The notes beneath the pieces are model-generated. The model did not search any database and was not told the origin of the DNA. It saw only the letters and a program-made list of their open reading frames with translations. Positions 48,255-58,200 of a stretch of 64,000 nucleotides of DNA are shown here, one piece after another (position 1 is the stretch's first letter; each line of letters opens with the position of its first letter). Where the stretch lies: assembly GCA_029939595.1 (NCBI GenBank), contig JAOZSQ010000001.1, positions 347,669 to 411,668 of the forward strand, in the 5' to 3' direction. The translations under genes were made by a program, and so were the position numbers. Source of the DNA: Thermoplasmatota archaeon (lineage in GTDB: Archaea; Thermoplasmatota; E2; DHVEG-1).

Positions 48255-48638
48255 TTAGTTTTTTGGATAAACGATGCTGCCCTTTTTCCAACAGCCTTTT
48301 ATGCATTGGATTGAGTATTTAAAAGTTCCAAAGTCAATTTTATGCCGAGCAAGTCCATCACATCCAATCATCTTCGCTATCTCTTTCCAATATGAACCAT
48401 GTCCGTGTCCTGGACCACATAAAGCGTGAGCGATTTCATGAAGTAAAGTATTGACAAGTTGGGAAGTTGAGGCTACTAAAATATAGTCTTCAGCAATGAA
48501 AATTGTTTTCTTAATGAAATTACACAATCCAGCTACTCTTGATTTGTATGTAGTGAATCTCCAGCCTTTCCTATATAGTTTATAAAATTTAAGAAGCCTA
48601 TTACCCTCTTCTATAACGGTTCTAAACATCTTCTTCAA
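48255..48638 (-). CDS. SprT-like zinc metallopeptidase
   Basis: HExxH followed by GHG: LLHEIAHALCGPGHGHGSYW. Confidence 0.55.
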   Translation of the reverse strand: MKKMFRTVIEEGNRLLKFYKLYRKGWRFTTYKSRVAGLCNFIKKTIFIAEDYILVASTSQLVNTLLHEIAHALCGPGHGHGSYWKEIAKMIGCDGLARHKIDFGTFKYSIQCIKGCWKKGSIVYPKN

Positions 48639-48849
48639 AAATAAAATATGGAATGTTTATTTCTTTGTACATGCAGATTGGGCAAAATGCGATTAGTTCG
48701 GTTGTTTCATTGTATGGATTTTCAATAATCCAAGGAAGAAGTTGAATATCACAGTCAGGACAACAAACTCCTTTTCTTCCTTTTTGGAATTCAATGAATT
48801 TTCTCTTTTTTTCATCCATTACATATCTCTTTATAATTATCCTTTCCAC
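48622..48849 (-). CDS. Small zinc-ribbon protein
   Basis: CCPDCD...CPICMYK. Confidence 0.35.
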   Translation of the reverse strand: MERIIIKRYVMDEKKRKFIEFQKGRKGVCCPDCDIQLLPWIIENPYNETTELIAFCPICMYKEINIPYFIFEEDV

Positions 48850-48864
48850 ATTATTGTTTAGAAT

Positions 48865-48872
48865 TATTTATA
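48865..48872 (-). promoter_or_regulatory. T4-type late promoter motif TATAAATA on the minus strand
   Basis: The plus strand reads tatttata, 16 nt upstream of the minus-strand start at 48849. Confidence 0.25.
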
Positions 48873-49080
48873 TTTAATAAATATTAATAAACCATTTTTA
48901 TATGAAGGGAGTTATGGAAGAAGAAAAGTCACCGATTGAAAAAAATGATCGTGTTAAAGATTATGAAATAAAAGAAAGAATGGATAAATCATATAAAGAA
49001 AGAGAAAATATATTAGAGAAGGCAAGAAAGAAAGCGGATACACATGTAACAAAATGGATTAGTAGGTATTAGGAGAAAGT

Positions 49081-52000
49081 ATGAAGATTTATAGTAATCA
49101 ATTTGAAGTAATAACAGAAGTTGACGATACCAAAGAAGGACTAGAAAATGTAAATTTTTCTGATATTACAAAAAGATTTATATCATTGGAAACACAAGTA
49201 TCAAATATGTTTATCAAATCCAATAATGATATCAGTTTTAAAGGTAATATGGTTCCTGATGCTGATGATACATGGAGCATCGGTTCGTCAACTAAAAAAT
49301 TAGCAGAATTACATATATCAGCAAATACCATTTATTTAGGAGATGGTACACAATTTAAAGGTCATTCAGTTACTATTACAGGTGAACCAAATCCAACGTC
49401 AATGACAGAACAACCCATTTTAACAGCCAGCAGATTGATTGCCAAACCTTGGAAATATAATCCTGGTAGTGGAGAAGTTAAAGTTCGTCCATCTATTGAA
49501 TTTGAAGGAACTGATGGTAATAGATATCCGATTTCTTTCAATACAGATGATAATTCTTTTTCTTTTGATGCAAAAGGAAATTATGGTGAGGGTTGGATTG
49601 TAGCTAGAAAACTTACTTTAGAAGATAGTGGTCAAACTGCTTTGTCTGTGAGAGGACATGCTGAATTTGAAGATAATGTGAAAATTAGGGAAACTCTTAA
49701 AGTATATGGCAATACCACTTTAGGTGATGATAGTAGTAATACAATCACTGTTAGAGGAATTTTGGATATAACAACTCCTATATTATTCAAAACAGGAGCC
49801 ACATTAGGAGACGGAAATGACACTATTGCAGTGAATGCGGGAACTCAAAATAATTTTACAGTATTAGCAAAGAATTTTGAATTAGATGGTGAGGGTATTG
49901 CCAAGGTATCAAATATTGAAATAGCTGGAAAATCCATATATGAAATAGCTGGAAAAGCTTCTGTTATTTCTGATACTGATGGAGATACTCAAATAACAAC
50001 TCAGAGTTGTTTTTCAGAAACTTGGCAACCTAATTATCCATACGAATTGAAAAATATAGTGAAACCTACAGTTTCCAATGGGCATTATTATAAACCTATA
50101 GCAATAACTGGTGATGGAAGGTCTGGTTCTACTGAACCTGTATGGCCGACAGAGGTGGGTTCAAAAGTTATTGATAACCAAGTAGAGTTTCAAGAATATG
50201 ACGAAGATATTACAAGATTTTTGGCGAGTGGAAAAGAAGTTGCCAGAATACATCCTAATGGTTCCTTTGATTTTGATACTATAATGGTGCATGGTTTATC
50301 TTATTGTAATTCTTCTGTGATATGTACTCCTGGTGCTAAAGGAGGTGGATTTTATCAGGTAGATAGAAAACATTTAGGTGCTGAGAAAACTGCTCCTGTA
50401 AGTACGGGAAATTTTGATGTAACAGGTGGTTTATATGATAAGTTATTTACTTCTACCACTAATATGTTCAGTTCAACAGATGTAGGTAATGTAATTTTCA
50501 TAATTGATGGATTTTTGAAAGGTGCTGCTGCTCAGATTATGCGAGTTATTGATGAAAAAAATGTTATTATTTATAATCCTTTATGGACTGAGGATATGTT
50601 AAATGTTGCATTTTCAGTGGTTCCTGCTCCATCTTTTGCTGTGCAAGATGGAGGGGCTGTTACTTCAGTATTAGGTAAGGATGGTAGATTTTTTATTCAA
50701 GATTTACAACAAGAATGGAGGAAAGCTTTTCATATCCATAATAGGGCTGCTAATGGAAATATAACGGCTGCATATATTGAAACTGAGGTTGAATCATTTG
50801 ATAGAGTTTCATCACTTAACGTAGATTATAGAATAGGACAAGGAACAAATCCAAGATTTTTAAGTGTCATAAAAACACATATTGACGATGCTGATAATAA
50901 TACTAATCAGGTAAATGTTATGGAAGTATCAGCTAATAAATCGCAATCAAATAAAACCGTTTTGCATATAGAACCAGGATTTGATAATGTTGTAAAAGTT
51001 AGGGGAGAAATAGCAGAGACTCCTGAAAAAGCATATCAACACGATTCTAATTATTATAAATTTGCCCCTTCTTTAGAAAGTCAATATAATGTTGCTGATT
51101 GGCAAAAAGTGTCAATGAAAGATAGCATTCTCAAATTGACAGGATTTAATTTTGCAGACATAAAAGGTTACTGGAAATTTAATAATAATTTAATAGATTC
51201 GTCAGGTAATAATCATAATGGTTCAGGTAGCCCTAGTTATGTTACGGGTAAATTGAATCAGGCTATAGATATGTCTGATACTATTAGTTTGGGAAATCAT
51301 TCAGATTTAGACCTTAGTAATACATCATTTACTATTACATTATGGTTCTATCCTAATAAAATGGCTAATAAGATGATGTTCCATAAGGCATTAACATCAA
51401 GTCCTTGGAATGGTTTCGTTGTAAGAGGTTCATATTGGGAAGGAGATATTGAATTTATTTGTTATTGGGATGGTGGTGATGAAACAATTTCAATATCAGA
51501 TGCACCTTCAAATAATAATTGGCATCAATTAGTTATAACTTATAATGGTTCTACTGTTAAAATGTATTTGGATAGTTCATTAAAAACTTCTGAAAATGTA
51601 ACACTAGGAAATTTTTCTAATACTAGAAATTTCACATTAGGTGGTGAGTTAGACGGTTGGAATGGAAATCAATTTGATGGTTATATGGATGAAATGTCTA
51701 TCTGGAAAAGAGAGTTAAGTCATTCTGAAATAATTTATCTTTATAATAATGGTTCTGGTTATGAAATTGAACCAAATCAAACAGAATCTCAAACTGTTAC
51801 TAACAAAACAGGAATTGATTTAGCTGATTGGACCGGCATTAACGAAGTAAAAACACTAACAACAAATCCTAGCGGAACATCTATAAAGTTTTTATTTAGT
51901 GTGGATGGAGGAACCGTTTGGAATAAATGGAGTGGTTCTGCTTGGAATAGTGCAGCGATTGGAGATATTGAGACACAAGGGAATACATCAACTGAAATAA

Positions 52001-52638
52001 CACAACTCACCTCTGCTAATTGGTTAAGTTTGACAACAGGGAAATCGTCTTTGCATTGGGCTACTAATTTAAAAACTACTGTGCCAATGGTAACTCCTAT
52101 ATTACAAGAAATTAGTTTTCATAGTATATTAAAAACGATGAATTTTTCAAATACTGTTTTATTTTCAAGTATACACAATTATATATTGATAGGAAGAAGT
52201 AAACCTTTTGGTATATTAGAACTTATGTTAACAACGAAAGCATCAAATTCTGTAGGCATTCAATTGGAATACTCAACAGGAAATAATACTTGGAAACCTC
52301 TGACATTTAGCGACCAAACAAGCGAGTTAAAAACATCTGGAAAACTATCTTTTTCACCTCCTTCTGATTGGGTTGCTATTACTGAAATTGATGGACAAAC
52401 AATACCTAGCCATTATTATATCAAAATGAATAGAACTTTAGATATTTCAATATATCCTGTAACTGAGGATATGAAGATATATGAAACTTCCACAAGAGGT
52501 GAGATGTTAATTCGTGGAGATGGAACCATTAAACCAGCACAATTGGAAAATAGCGAGGCAGTTAATAACTCAATTTATTACAATGGAACTAATCTGGTTT
52601 TTAAAGATCCCACAGGAGTCATTAAAACAATAGTATAG
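49081..52638 (+). CDS. Large tail/baseplate structural protein with a LamG (concanavalin-A-like lectin) domain
   Basis: 1185 aa. The Laminin_G_3-like block NNHNGSGSPSYVTGKLNQAIDM...FTITLWFYP...WHQLVITYNGSTVKMYLD...DEMSIW is recognisable. Confidence 0.5.
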   Translation: MKIYSNQFEVITEVDDTKEGLENVNFSDITKRFISLETQVSNMFIKSNNDISFKGNMVPDADDTWSIGSSTKKLAELHISANTIYLGDGTQFKGHSVTITGEPNPTSMTEQPILTASRLIAKPWKYNPGSGEVKVRPSIEFEGTDGNRYPISFNTDDNSFSFDAKGNYGEGWIVARKLTLEDSGQTALSVRGHAEFEDNVKIRETLKVYGNTTLGDDSSNTITVRGILDITTPILFKTGATLGDGNDTIAVNAGTQNNFTVLAKNFELDGEGIAKVSNIEIAGKSIYEIAGKASVISDTDGDTQITTQSCFSETWQPNYPYELKNIVKPTVSNGHYYKPIAITGDGRSGSTEPVWPTEVGSKVIDNQVEFQEYDEDITRFLASGKEVARIHPNGSFDFDTIMVHGLSYCNSSVICTPGAKGGGFYQVDRKHLGAEKTAPVSTGNFDVTGGLYDKLFTSTTNMFSSTDVGNVIFIIDGFLKGAAAQIMRVIDEKNVIIYNPLWTEDMLNVAFSVVPAPSFAVQDGGAVTSVLGKDGRFFIQDLQQEWRKAFHIHNRAANGNITAAYIETEVESFDRVSSLNVDYRIGQGTNPRFLSVIKTHIDDADNNTNQVNVMEVSANKSQSNKTVLHIEPGFDNVVKVRGEIAETPEKAYQHDSNYYKFAPSLESQYNVADWQKVSMKDSILKLTGFNFADIKGYWKFNNNLIDSSGNNHNGSGSPSYVTGKLNQAIDMSDTISLGNHSDLDLSNTSFTITLWFYPNKMANKMMFHKALTSSPWNGFVVRGSYWEGDIEFICYWDGGDETISISDAPSNNNWHQLVITYNGSTVKMYLDSSLKTSENVTLGNFSNTRNFTLGGELDGWNGNQFDGYMDEMSIWKRELSHSEIIYLYNNGSGYEIEPNQTESQTVTNKTGIDLADWTGINEVKTLTTNPSGTSIKFLFSVDGGTVWNKWSGSAWNSAAIGDIETQGNTSTEITQLTSANWLSLTTGKSSLHWATNLKTTVPMVTPILQEISFHSILKTMNFSNTVLFSSIHNYILIGRSKPFGILELMLTTKASNSVGIQLEYSTGNNTWKPLTFSDQTSELKTSGKLSFSPPSDWVAITEIDGQTIPSHYYIKMNRTLDISIYPVTEDMKIYETSTRGEMLIRGDGTIKPAQLENSEAVNNSIYYNGTNLVFKDPTGVIKTIV

Positions 52639-52645
52639 GAGAATT

Positions 52646-53179
52646 ATGTTAGAATTTAAAAAAGATGGAATTTCATCAGATAAACCATTTGAGAATTTGC
52701 CGGTTGGTACTATTCTTATGTTTGATGGTGAGAATTGGGAAGATAATATTACATTGCCAGGATGGTTTCTATGTAATGGAAATAATGGTACACCAAATTT
52801 GATTGATAAATTTGTAAGAGTGGGCAATACCAGTGGTAATGAAGGTGGAAAAAAGATTGTTACATTAGCAGAAGCGAATATGCCTAGTCATTATCACAAC
52901 GTAAGTAAAGTAACTATGAATACAGGCAATCAAAATGCTAATCACACTCATGGATATAATCTTTATCATGGTGTTCATTATACTTCTACTTCATGGAAAA
53001 CAGGTTGTACGGCTACTGGTGCGGGTTCGGCTGGTACAACAGTTACAGGTAATCAACAGGCGAATCATGGTCACTCTGTTACCTTTCCATCAAAAGATAC
53101 TAATTCCAAAGGTTCTGGAACGGGATTTGATATAACACCTGAATATTACAGTTTAATTTTTATTAAAAAAACACAGTGA
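52646..53179 (+). CDS. Tail-fibre collar-domain protein (T4 gp12 collar / MdpB-like), copy 1
   Basis: PVGTILMFDG..W....LPGWFLCNG matches the phage tail collar motif. His-rich HYH/NHTHG/NHGHS motifs. 80% identical to 53894..54424. Confidence 0.55.
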   Translation: MLEFKKDGISSDKPFENLPVGTILMFDGENWEDNITLPGWFLCNGNNGTPNLIDKFVRVGNTSGNEGGKKIVTLAEANMPSHYHNVSKVTMNTGNQNANHTHGYNLYHGVHYTSTSWKTGCTATGAGSAGTTVTGNQQANHGHSVTFPSKDTNSKGSGTGFDITPEYYSLIFIKKTQ

Positions 53180-53187
53180 GAATACTT

Positions 53188-53892
53188 ATGAAATATTTAC
53201 TTTTTTTATTTTTGTTAATACCCACATTTCTTTATGCCCAATTTCTGACAGTGGTTACAGAAAATTGGAAACCATATAATTATGAAGAAAATGGGGTAGC
53301 AAAAGGAATATCAACAGTTGTGGTTGAAAAGATTTTAAAACACGCAAAAATCAAATATAAACTTCGTGTGTTGCCTTGGGCAAGGGCATATATGATGGCA
53401 CAATCAAAAAAGGATTGTTTGATATATACTATTATACGCATATCTCCTAGAGAAACCCTGTTTAAATGGGTCCGCCCATTGGGTAAAGGTGGAGTTACAT
53501 CGTTATATAGACTTAAAAAGAATACTTCAATAAGTTTTAATACATTAGAAAAAGCTAAAATATATTCTATTGTGGCTAATATGTCTTCTATGGATCATCT
53601 ATGGCTTGAATTTAACAACTTTCCAAATATACATATGTCTGTTAAACCAAGGCATTCTATTAGGATGTTGTTTGCTAAAAGAGTGGATTTACTTCCATTC
53701 AATGATGCCGTTATAAAAGACGAATTTGAAAGTGCGGGATACGATTTAAATAAGGTGACTAAAATAATGCCTCTTTTTCGTACACCACCTTATTTTGCTT
53801 TATCTTTATTCACTTCTGATTATATTTTGCTCAAATTAAGAGATTCATATGATGAGTTGATCAAATCAAAACAAATTTCACTGGTAGATTAA
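53188..53892 (+). CDS. Secreted solute-binding protein (SBP_bac_3 / amino-acid ABC-type periplasmic binding fold) acquired from outside the phage (a moron)
   Basis: Signal peptide MKYLLFLFLLIPTFLYAQ; ENWKPYNY...LPWARAY...TIIRISPRE pattern. The ORF track starts at a GTG (53176); the ATG at 53188 is the likelier start. Confidence 0.45.
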   Translation: MKYLLFLFLLIPTFLYAQFLTVVTENWKPYNYEENGVAKGISTVVVEKILKHAKIKYKLRVLPWARAYMMAQSKKDCLIYTIIRISPRETLFKWVRPLGKGGVTSLYRLKKNTSISFNTLEKAKIYSIVANMSSMDHLWLEFNNFPNIHMSVKPRHSIRMLFAKRVDLLPFNDAVIKDEFESAGYDLNKVTKIMPLFRTPPYFALSLFTSDYILLKLRDSYDELIKSKQISLVD

Positions 53893-53893
53893 A

Positions 53894-54424
53894 ATGTTAG
53901 AATTTAAAAAAGATGGGATTATATCAAACAAACCGTTTGAGAATCTACCGATTGGCACTATCCTGATGTATGATGGTGAAAGTTGGGAAAATGATGTTAC
54001 ATTGCCAGGATGGTTTATGTGTGATGGTTCAAACCAAACACCGGATCTTAGAAAGAGATTCGTTACAATGGATGAAGAAGAAAAAACTGGTGGGAAAAAG
54101 ATTATTACATTGGCGGAAGCGAATATGCCTAGTCATTATCATAACGTAAGTAAAGTAACTATGAATACGGGTAATCAAAATGCAAATCACGCTCATGCAG
54201 TTAATCTTTATCATGGTGTTCATTATCTTTCTTCTTCATGGAAAACAGGTTGCACCCAGACTGTTGCGGGTTCGGCTGGTACAGCAGTTACAAGTAATCA
54301 ACAGACGAATCATGGTCACTCTGTTACCTTTCCATCAAAAAATACTAACTCAAAAGGTTCTGGAACGGGATTTGATATAACACCTGAATATTACAGTTTG
54401 ATTTTCATTAAAAAGATAATTTAG
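53894..54424 (+). CDS. Tail-fibre collar-domain protein, copy 2
   Basis: Paralog of 52646..53179 with long identical nucleotide stretches. Confidence 0.55.
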   Translation: MLEFKKDGIISNKPFENLPIGTILMYDGESWENDVTLPGWFMCDGSNQTPDLRKRFVTMDEEEKTGGKKIITLAEANMPSHYHNVSKVTMNTGNQNANHAHAVNLYHGVHYLSSSWKTGCTQTVAGSAGTAVTSNQQTNHGHSVTFPSKNTNSKGSGTGFDITPEYYSLIFIKKII

Positions 54425-54432
54425 AGGAAATT

Positions 54433-54884
54433 ATGGAAAAACATGATGTTATACGTACAACAGACAAATCAGGAGGTGGCGGAGGAGGCACAATCGGAGA
54501 GATTGTTGTTTGGCCACTTCCTACTATACCAATAAACTTTTTAAAATGGGATGGCTAAACCGAGCGGAGTATGGTTCCGATGATACCTGTCAATATTTAA
54601 AGGATAGTTCGGGGGTGGTTCATATTAAGGGAATGGTCAAACATCCATTTACAGCGGCGAATCCTATATTCACGTTGCCAGCGGGGTATTACAGACCTGG
54701 AAAGCAAGTTAATAAACCGATACAAACGAGTTCTGGTCATGGTTTGCTTTATATACAACAGAATGGGAATGTAGTAGTAGGCGTTGGGGGTTGTGCGTAT
54801 GTTGCTTTGGATGTCAATTTTTATGTGGGATTTAAAAAAAAAAGGATGATTTATGGAAGAAACATTAGTTACCTTATCAGTTAG
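54433..54884 (+). CDS. Third collar-domain-like protein that requires a -1 frameshift at TTTAAAA (54540-54546)
   Basis: An RBS-led ORF MEKHDVIRTTDKSGGGGGGTIGEIVVWPLPTIPINFLK stops at 54558. The -1 frame continues as MGWLNRAEYG... to 54884, completing the collar motif (G.I..WP...IP..FL.MGWL). The slippery heptamer T_TTA_AAA is read directly from the sequence. Confidence 0.45.
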
Positions 54885-55107
54885 AGATGCCATAGATTGT
54901 GGTATTTGGGAAAATGTTTGTAAACTCAAAAATTGGGAAATAGATCAGTATTCATTAGATCATGTCATAACGATGACTGAACGGGATTGCATGGAGTATG
55001 AATGGCTTTTGGTTATGGAAGTGGAAGAGGGCATGGAAGAAGAAGATGAACCAGAATATATATACTTGGAGGATGATGAAGATGATGACTTATTCCCAAA
55101 AGATTAG
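54853..55107 (+). CDS. Small acidic hypothetical protein
   Basis: 84 aa, Glu/Asp-rich tail. Confidence 0.25.
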   Translation: MEETLVTLSVRDAIDCGIWENVCKLKNWEIDQYSLDHVITMTERDCMEYEWLLVMEVEEGMEEEDEPEYIYLEDDEDDDLFPKD

Positions 55108-55219
55108 AGAAGAATTAAGAAAAGAATTAGAAAAATCAGATTCAAGAGCACTACTGATTTGGTTTATTTCTACTCTTATATTAATCTTTTTGTATTATAT
55201 CTTACAGTGAAAGAAAATG

Positions 55220-55227
55220 TATAAATA
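55220..55227 (+). promoter_or_regulatory. T4-type late promoter TATAAATA
   Basis: Exact motif 26 nt upstream of the 55254 start codon of the long fibre gene. Confidence 0.45.
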
Positions 55228-55253
55228 ATACAAACCATACTAACGGGATTATT

Positions 55254-58200
55254 ATGATAAACCAACACAAGATTATTAAATCAAATGATATATCAGATTT
55301 AGGAGAAATTGTTGCAACCACTGAAGAGGTGGCTGATTTAACTGGAAAGGTAACAACTCTTGAAAATGATGTTAATACTATTAAAACAGAGGGAGCCGGT
55401 GGTTCAGAATTAGCCGCTCTTGCAGAGAAAGTAACAAATTTGGAAACCGGTGGAGCAATCGCTGGCAAATCAATTTCATATAAATATATTATCGGATCAG
55501 CCGAGGAAAAGGCAACAGGGAAAGCGGATTGTTTAATTAACAACTTAAAACCAACACCAACTGCGGTTCCAAAAGCTCTTACTTTAAAACAGGTCCCCTA
55601 TATTGGTGACTATTCATCGGTTGCTTTTTTTAAAGGGACATATTTCATTACAACAGGAAGTTTAACCATTCCAGGAAAGGTTATTCTTACTAATTCAGTA
55701 TATGCAACAAATACCAAGGAATATGTCTTAGGAAACGGATACGTCACGCTTGATGAAATTAATGGAAAGTTATTTGCGAGTCTCCTGACTACTACGAGTT
55801 TTTCTTTATATCTTTATAAAGAAGATACTGACGAATTTGTAAAGGTCTTTGATAAAACAGGTTTTACAATAGGTCAAGAGCAAATGCAAATATTTTTGTT
55901 TTCTAAAATTGTCTATCATCTTGGAAAATATATTTACCTTTGGCCGATTATTACAGATAAAAATATAATTACTTCTGCTGATGGAGAAACGTGGACAGAA
56001 AATACGTTTATTTTGGATGCCGCTAATCCAGAACGATGGAGCATACTAGCTTATGATACATTGGGCGATTATCTTGTTTATTCTGGTGTATTTGGGGCAA
56101 TGGTAAGTAAAGATCTGGTTAATTGGCAGGTTATTGATGACGCTAGTTATTATCTCAGCGTTTGTGAATTTGAAGGAACTATTTACATTTTTGCAGGGTT
56201 TGCAGATTCATACAAATCAACCAATGGAGTAGATTGGGTTAAATTTAAAAGAGAAGATGTTACTCCTGGTTATCCACGAAAATATGGAAGTGCTTATATT
56301 GTGCCCCTTCTTGATTTTCAAAATGGCAAAATAGAATTTGCATTCGGAACTACACCATTTAATGCACAATTATGCAACATAACGCCAACCTTTGAAGAAT
56401 CATTGGGTGGAGACGCAAATAGTCATGTAATGATTTCTTCTGTTGTTAGACCACTAGATAATAAATTCTATTTTCCAACAATGGGTAAAGGTTTCTTCCT
56501 TTTATCAAATGAAAATTTGGTGAACGAGCTTGGTGTTGGTGATCTTGAATTTAAGGAAAAAGATACTGCGTTGATAAAAGATGGTACTCATGTTCTTTCT
56601 GGTTCCTTTATTATTCCAGATGGAACAGTTGTAAGATCACACTCACCATCGGCTGTTATAGATAACAGTATGTTTTCAATAGGAATTACAGGAGGGCATT
56701 CCGATGTTGATATTTATTGTACCAATATAGATAACATTGGGGCTGATTTTGAAAATCAAATTAGTTCAAGAATTTTTATTAATGGTGCAGAACGCTATTC
56801 TGTTGGTAGAACCCAAAAGGATTCATATAAAACAGAAAGAGAATTGCATGAATCCGAAGAGATGACTCCATTTGTTATAAAAACCAAAACCGAATATGAA
56901 AGATGGACTAACATTGGAAATCCATTAAGTCAAAATATTACCAGTTCTTTTATTAACAGAAGTCAGGATATGATGTATGTATTCAGTCATATATCAGGAG
57001 AATACGCATATTGTGGCAAAGATTGTAATTTTACAAAAGTTACATTTCCACATGCATTAACTGGAACTCGGAATATGGTTGGTTTAGAAATTGGTTCTAG
57101 TAAAAATATTAATGTGTTTTTTAATGTAGATAAAGATATATATAGGTCAGAGAATGGTGGTGCATGGGCAAAGGTTGGAACAACAACAAATTCTATCGCT
57201 AAGTTGGGTGCAATAGATTCGGTTACAGGTGGAAGATTTTTAGCATACTGTGAAATCAATGATAAACTTTTAGATGATAACGGGTTAGAATTTGATTTTC
57301 CTGTAGATGTAAACACAAAATCAGGTGAAAAGTATAATTTTGTTGGTGTTGGTGATTGGTGGTTTTTTTATTTTGATTGTAAACTTTGGAGATCTCACTA
57401 TGCAAACACATGGGAAGAAGTTCAAGTAACAGATGAAAATGGTAAAAATCCAATAATGTTTGATGTTTTTTTAAAAAACAATTTAAATTTCTATGATTGG
57501 GAAGATATTGATAATGTATTAGCGGTTCCCAATACATCTTATTTAATTGCTCAAACCAATTCTGGTAAAAACGTAGTGCTTCGGAATGAAGAAGGACATG
57601 TTGTTTTCATTCAATATTACCGAGGAAATTTAGTTGGTTTGAGCTATTGTGCAGAATTATATCAGATTTCACGAAATAGTATTTGGTATACTAACCCTAG
57701 TGTTATGTTTTCTGATGGAAGAATATTAAAATTGGATATTAATGTTGACGGAAGTTGGTTCACATCTTGGCCACTCTTAACAGGAATGCCAATAACTTTA
57801 ACTGGTGATGATTATAATGGCGGTTTATATCATTTGGCAAGAGGTATATTTATGCGAGTATGCTCATCTGGTATACATAAATATGATTGGTCTTCAGAAG
57901 TGGAATTTACCAATGAGGATCTTGAACGAAAAAGGTTAGTGAGTAATTTGGTGGATATGCCAGCTATTCCTGAGACAACATTATACTTCAAAGGAAGGGC
58001 TGATAATAATCCAACATATTTCTTTTGTTCAGAAAATGTTCATTATATTTTCAATATGGAATCATCCAATAATATATTCATTTATATTCATGGAAAAAAT
58101 AATAGATTAACTTTAAATAAGGAACATACCAATGATGTAGCTGAAAATCCATGTGAATATGTTATAAATGAAACCAGAGATGGCAACTATCAATCCAATA

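Noticed and set aside
37800-48900. Possibility that the two-component / nuclease block is host chromosome (a prophage boundary or assembly chimera)
   Set aside because: The block is bracketed by phage genes on both sides (capsid and internal-protein module upstream, tail-fibre module downstream). It has the same AT-richness, gene density, AGGAG RBS usage and T4-like accessory genes (pnk-like, SprT) interspersed. Cannot be fully excluded without the whole contig.
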